From: an uncultured archaeon
GTDB lineage: Archaea; Asgardarchaeota; Thorarchaeia; Thorarchaeales; Thorarchaeaceae
Reading direction: 5' to 3'
Assembly: GCA_964473825.1 (NCBI GenBank)
Contig: CAYYQL010000023.1
Span: 1 to 39,214, forward strand
Length of the DNA stretch: 39,214 nucleotides
The translations under genes were made by a program, and so were the position numbers. The notes under the pieces are model-generated. The model did no database searches. It saw only the letters and a program-made list of their open reading frames with translations, and had not been told where the DNA came from. This document shows positions 38,021 through 39,214 of this stretch, piece after piece (within the stretch, counting starts at the first letter, position 1; every line of letters begins with the position of its first letter).

Positions 38021-38617
38021 TCACCTTTTCTCAAGCGTTTCGATAGAAATGCCCATGTCACTAATACGGCCACAGAGCTGTTCCGCGAGTGACAAGATAG
38101 AACGAATCACATCAATTGTTTCTTTGGTCCTCCTGGAGGCCTCTACGGCGCTGTCGATTACACTTTCTGTGTCAGCTTTAAGGACGAATGCAGCCGTCTG
38201 CAGCGAGACCTCTTTAACACGTTTACTACTTCCAGCCCAAAAGGCCGCTGTCAACGGGTCCAAGAACACCTCGACGCCATCATGGCGAGTCACCATGTAA
38301 ACCATCTTCACGTCTTTTCGCGCAGTTTCAACTGCATCTGTCTTGGACGAATCTTGTGAGGATGACTTGTGTTTCATCTGAATCATATTGGTGTGTGCCA
38401 AGAGTGCAGGTCCGCTGGGCAAGGATACAGAGAAATCACCGATATGGATCGATGTGCCTATCTTCTCCAATACTGATTCAACCTGATCAGATTTCCATGT
38501 GGACTCTATCATGATTGACGATCCGTGCTGAAGCCTGACTTCTGTGGTTATCTTTTTACGACCTTCCTTGTCTTGCTCCAGCTCAGTTGTGATGCCAGTC
38601 TGATTGTTCTGTTCCAT
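38021..38617 (-). CDS. Hypothetical soluble protein upstream of the antiporter-like genes
   Basis: 198 aa, AGGTGA RBS; no recognised motif. Confidence 0.7.
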   Translation of the reverse strand: MEQNNQTGITTELEQDKEGRKKITTEVRLQHGSSIMIESTWKSDQVESVLEKIGTSIHIGDFSVSLPSGPALLAHTNMIQMKHKSSSQDSSKTDAVETARKDVKMVYMVTRHDGVEVFLDPLTAAFWAGSSKRVKEVSLQTAAFVLKADTESVIDSAVEASRRTKETIDVIRSILSLAEQLCGRISDMGISIETLEKR

Positions 38618-38774
38618 ATAGAGTTCTCACCTTCGATTTCTGCATAGCCAACAACGTGATCGGAGCCATCTCCCCTTGGCACGTATCGAGATTGGTTCAG
38701 ATTGGCACCAAGAGAATATAGCCGGGGCATCGGGCATATCCACTCGTTAGCTATCTTCCTATGCCCCTGATACT

Positions 38775-39059
38775 CTATGACGCTTCTATGCCCTGCTTCT
38801 CAGCCTCTTCTAGAATCGCCTCTTCTATCCTCGCTGCGGTTGGATTGCTGCCGAGCAACTTGTTGCCAACTACTACTCCGCGATAACGAATTCCATACTG
38901 GTTGGCGACCTCACTGTCAGCTGAGTATTCCTTGTACTCCACTATGCTTCTATGCTTCTTAACAGCCTCATAGATTCGGCCAAGGAATCCTGTCTGGCTG
39001 CAGCCACATACGCCAACAGCATTGAAAACCATGACTGGGATTTTCTCAGTTATAATCAT
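38775..39059 (-). CDS. Small thioredoxin-fold protein with CxC (ArsD/glutaredoxin-like)
   Basis: VFNAVGVCGCS ... ANQYGI...VVVGNK....NPT...IEEAI; ATG overlaps the upstream TGA. Confidence 0.6.
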   Translation of the reverse strand: MIITEKIPVMVFNAVGVCGCSQTGFLGRIYEAVKKHRSIVEYKEYSADSEVANQYGIRYRGVVVGNKLLGSNPTAARIEEAILEEAEKQGIEAS

Positions 39060-39214
39060 CACCCCCATTCCTCTCTTAGACGGTCAACATGTTCTGCGAT
39101 ATCATTCGCGATTCTTTCGACAATATCGCTTCTCTCTTCAGCGTCCCAATTGTAATCGATTGCCGAACAGGCATCATCAACGTAGTCTTCTAAGTTGATT
39201 TCTACAGCAGGCTC
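39059..39214 (-). CDS. C-terminus of an unidentified protein (partial, right edge)
   Basis: Open frame EPAVEINLEDYVDDACSAIDYNWDAEERSDIVERIANDIAEHVDRLREEWG-stop, with a TGATG overlap to the next gene. Confidence 0.6.
   Translation of the reverse strand, partial: EPAVEINLEDYVDDACSAIDYNWDAEERSDIVERIANDIAEHVDRLREEWG

Noticed and set aside
38548-38730. 60-aa ORF as an extra hydrogenase subunit
   Set aside because: Overlaps the 198-aa gene by 70 bp out of frame and has no TM segment or motif.

Overview
Gene-dense archaeal chromosomal segment, most likely from an Asgard archaeon (Thorarchaeia-like). This is inferred from a single-domain gelsolin-like gene, several HEAT-repeat proteins, an archaemetzincin, a geranylgeranyl reductase, a DUF106 insertase, an F420-type LLM oxidoreductase, and TATA/BRE promoters with GGTGA-type ribosome binding sites. 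Energy metabolism dominates: (1) an isolated rnfD-rnfC two-gene operon with no rnfG/E/A/B; (2) a tungsten-type aldehyde:ferredoxin oxidoreductase followed by two ubiquitin-like (MoaD/ThiS) genes, one with an 18-residue tail after its Gly-Gly; (3) a group 4 membrane-bound [NiFe]-hydrogenase split into two convergent operons, with no recognisable NuoC/EchD subunit, altered antiporter-like charged residues and two unknown ORFs. The most unexplained non-coding signal is a ~300 nt highly base-paired, pseudoknot-capable region (4583-4880), divergent from a small basic protein whose mRNA leader carries a similar motif. Two decayed genes (PepF, GNAT) are present. I saw no rRNA, tRNA, CRISPR array or transposase. 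All calls come from motif recognition by eye; no searches or folding programs were run.
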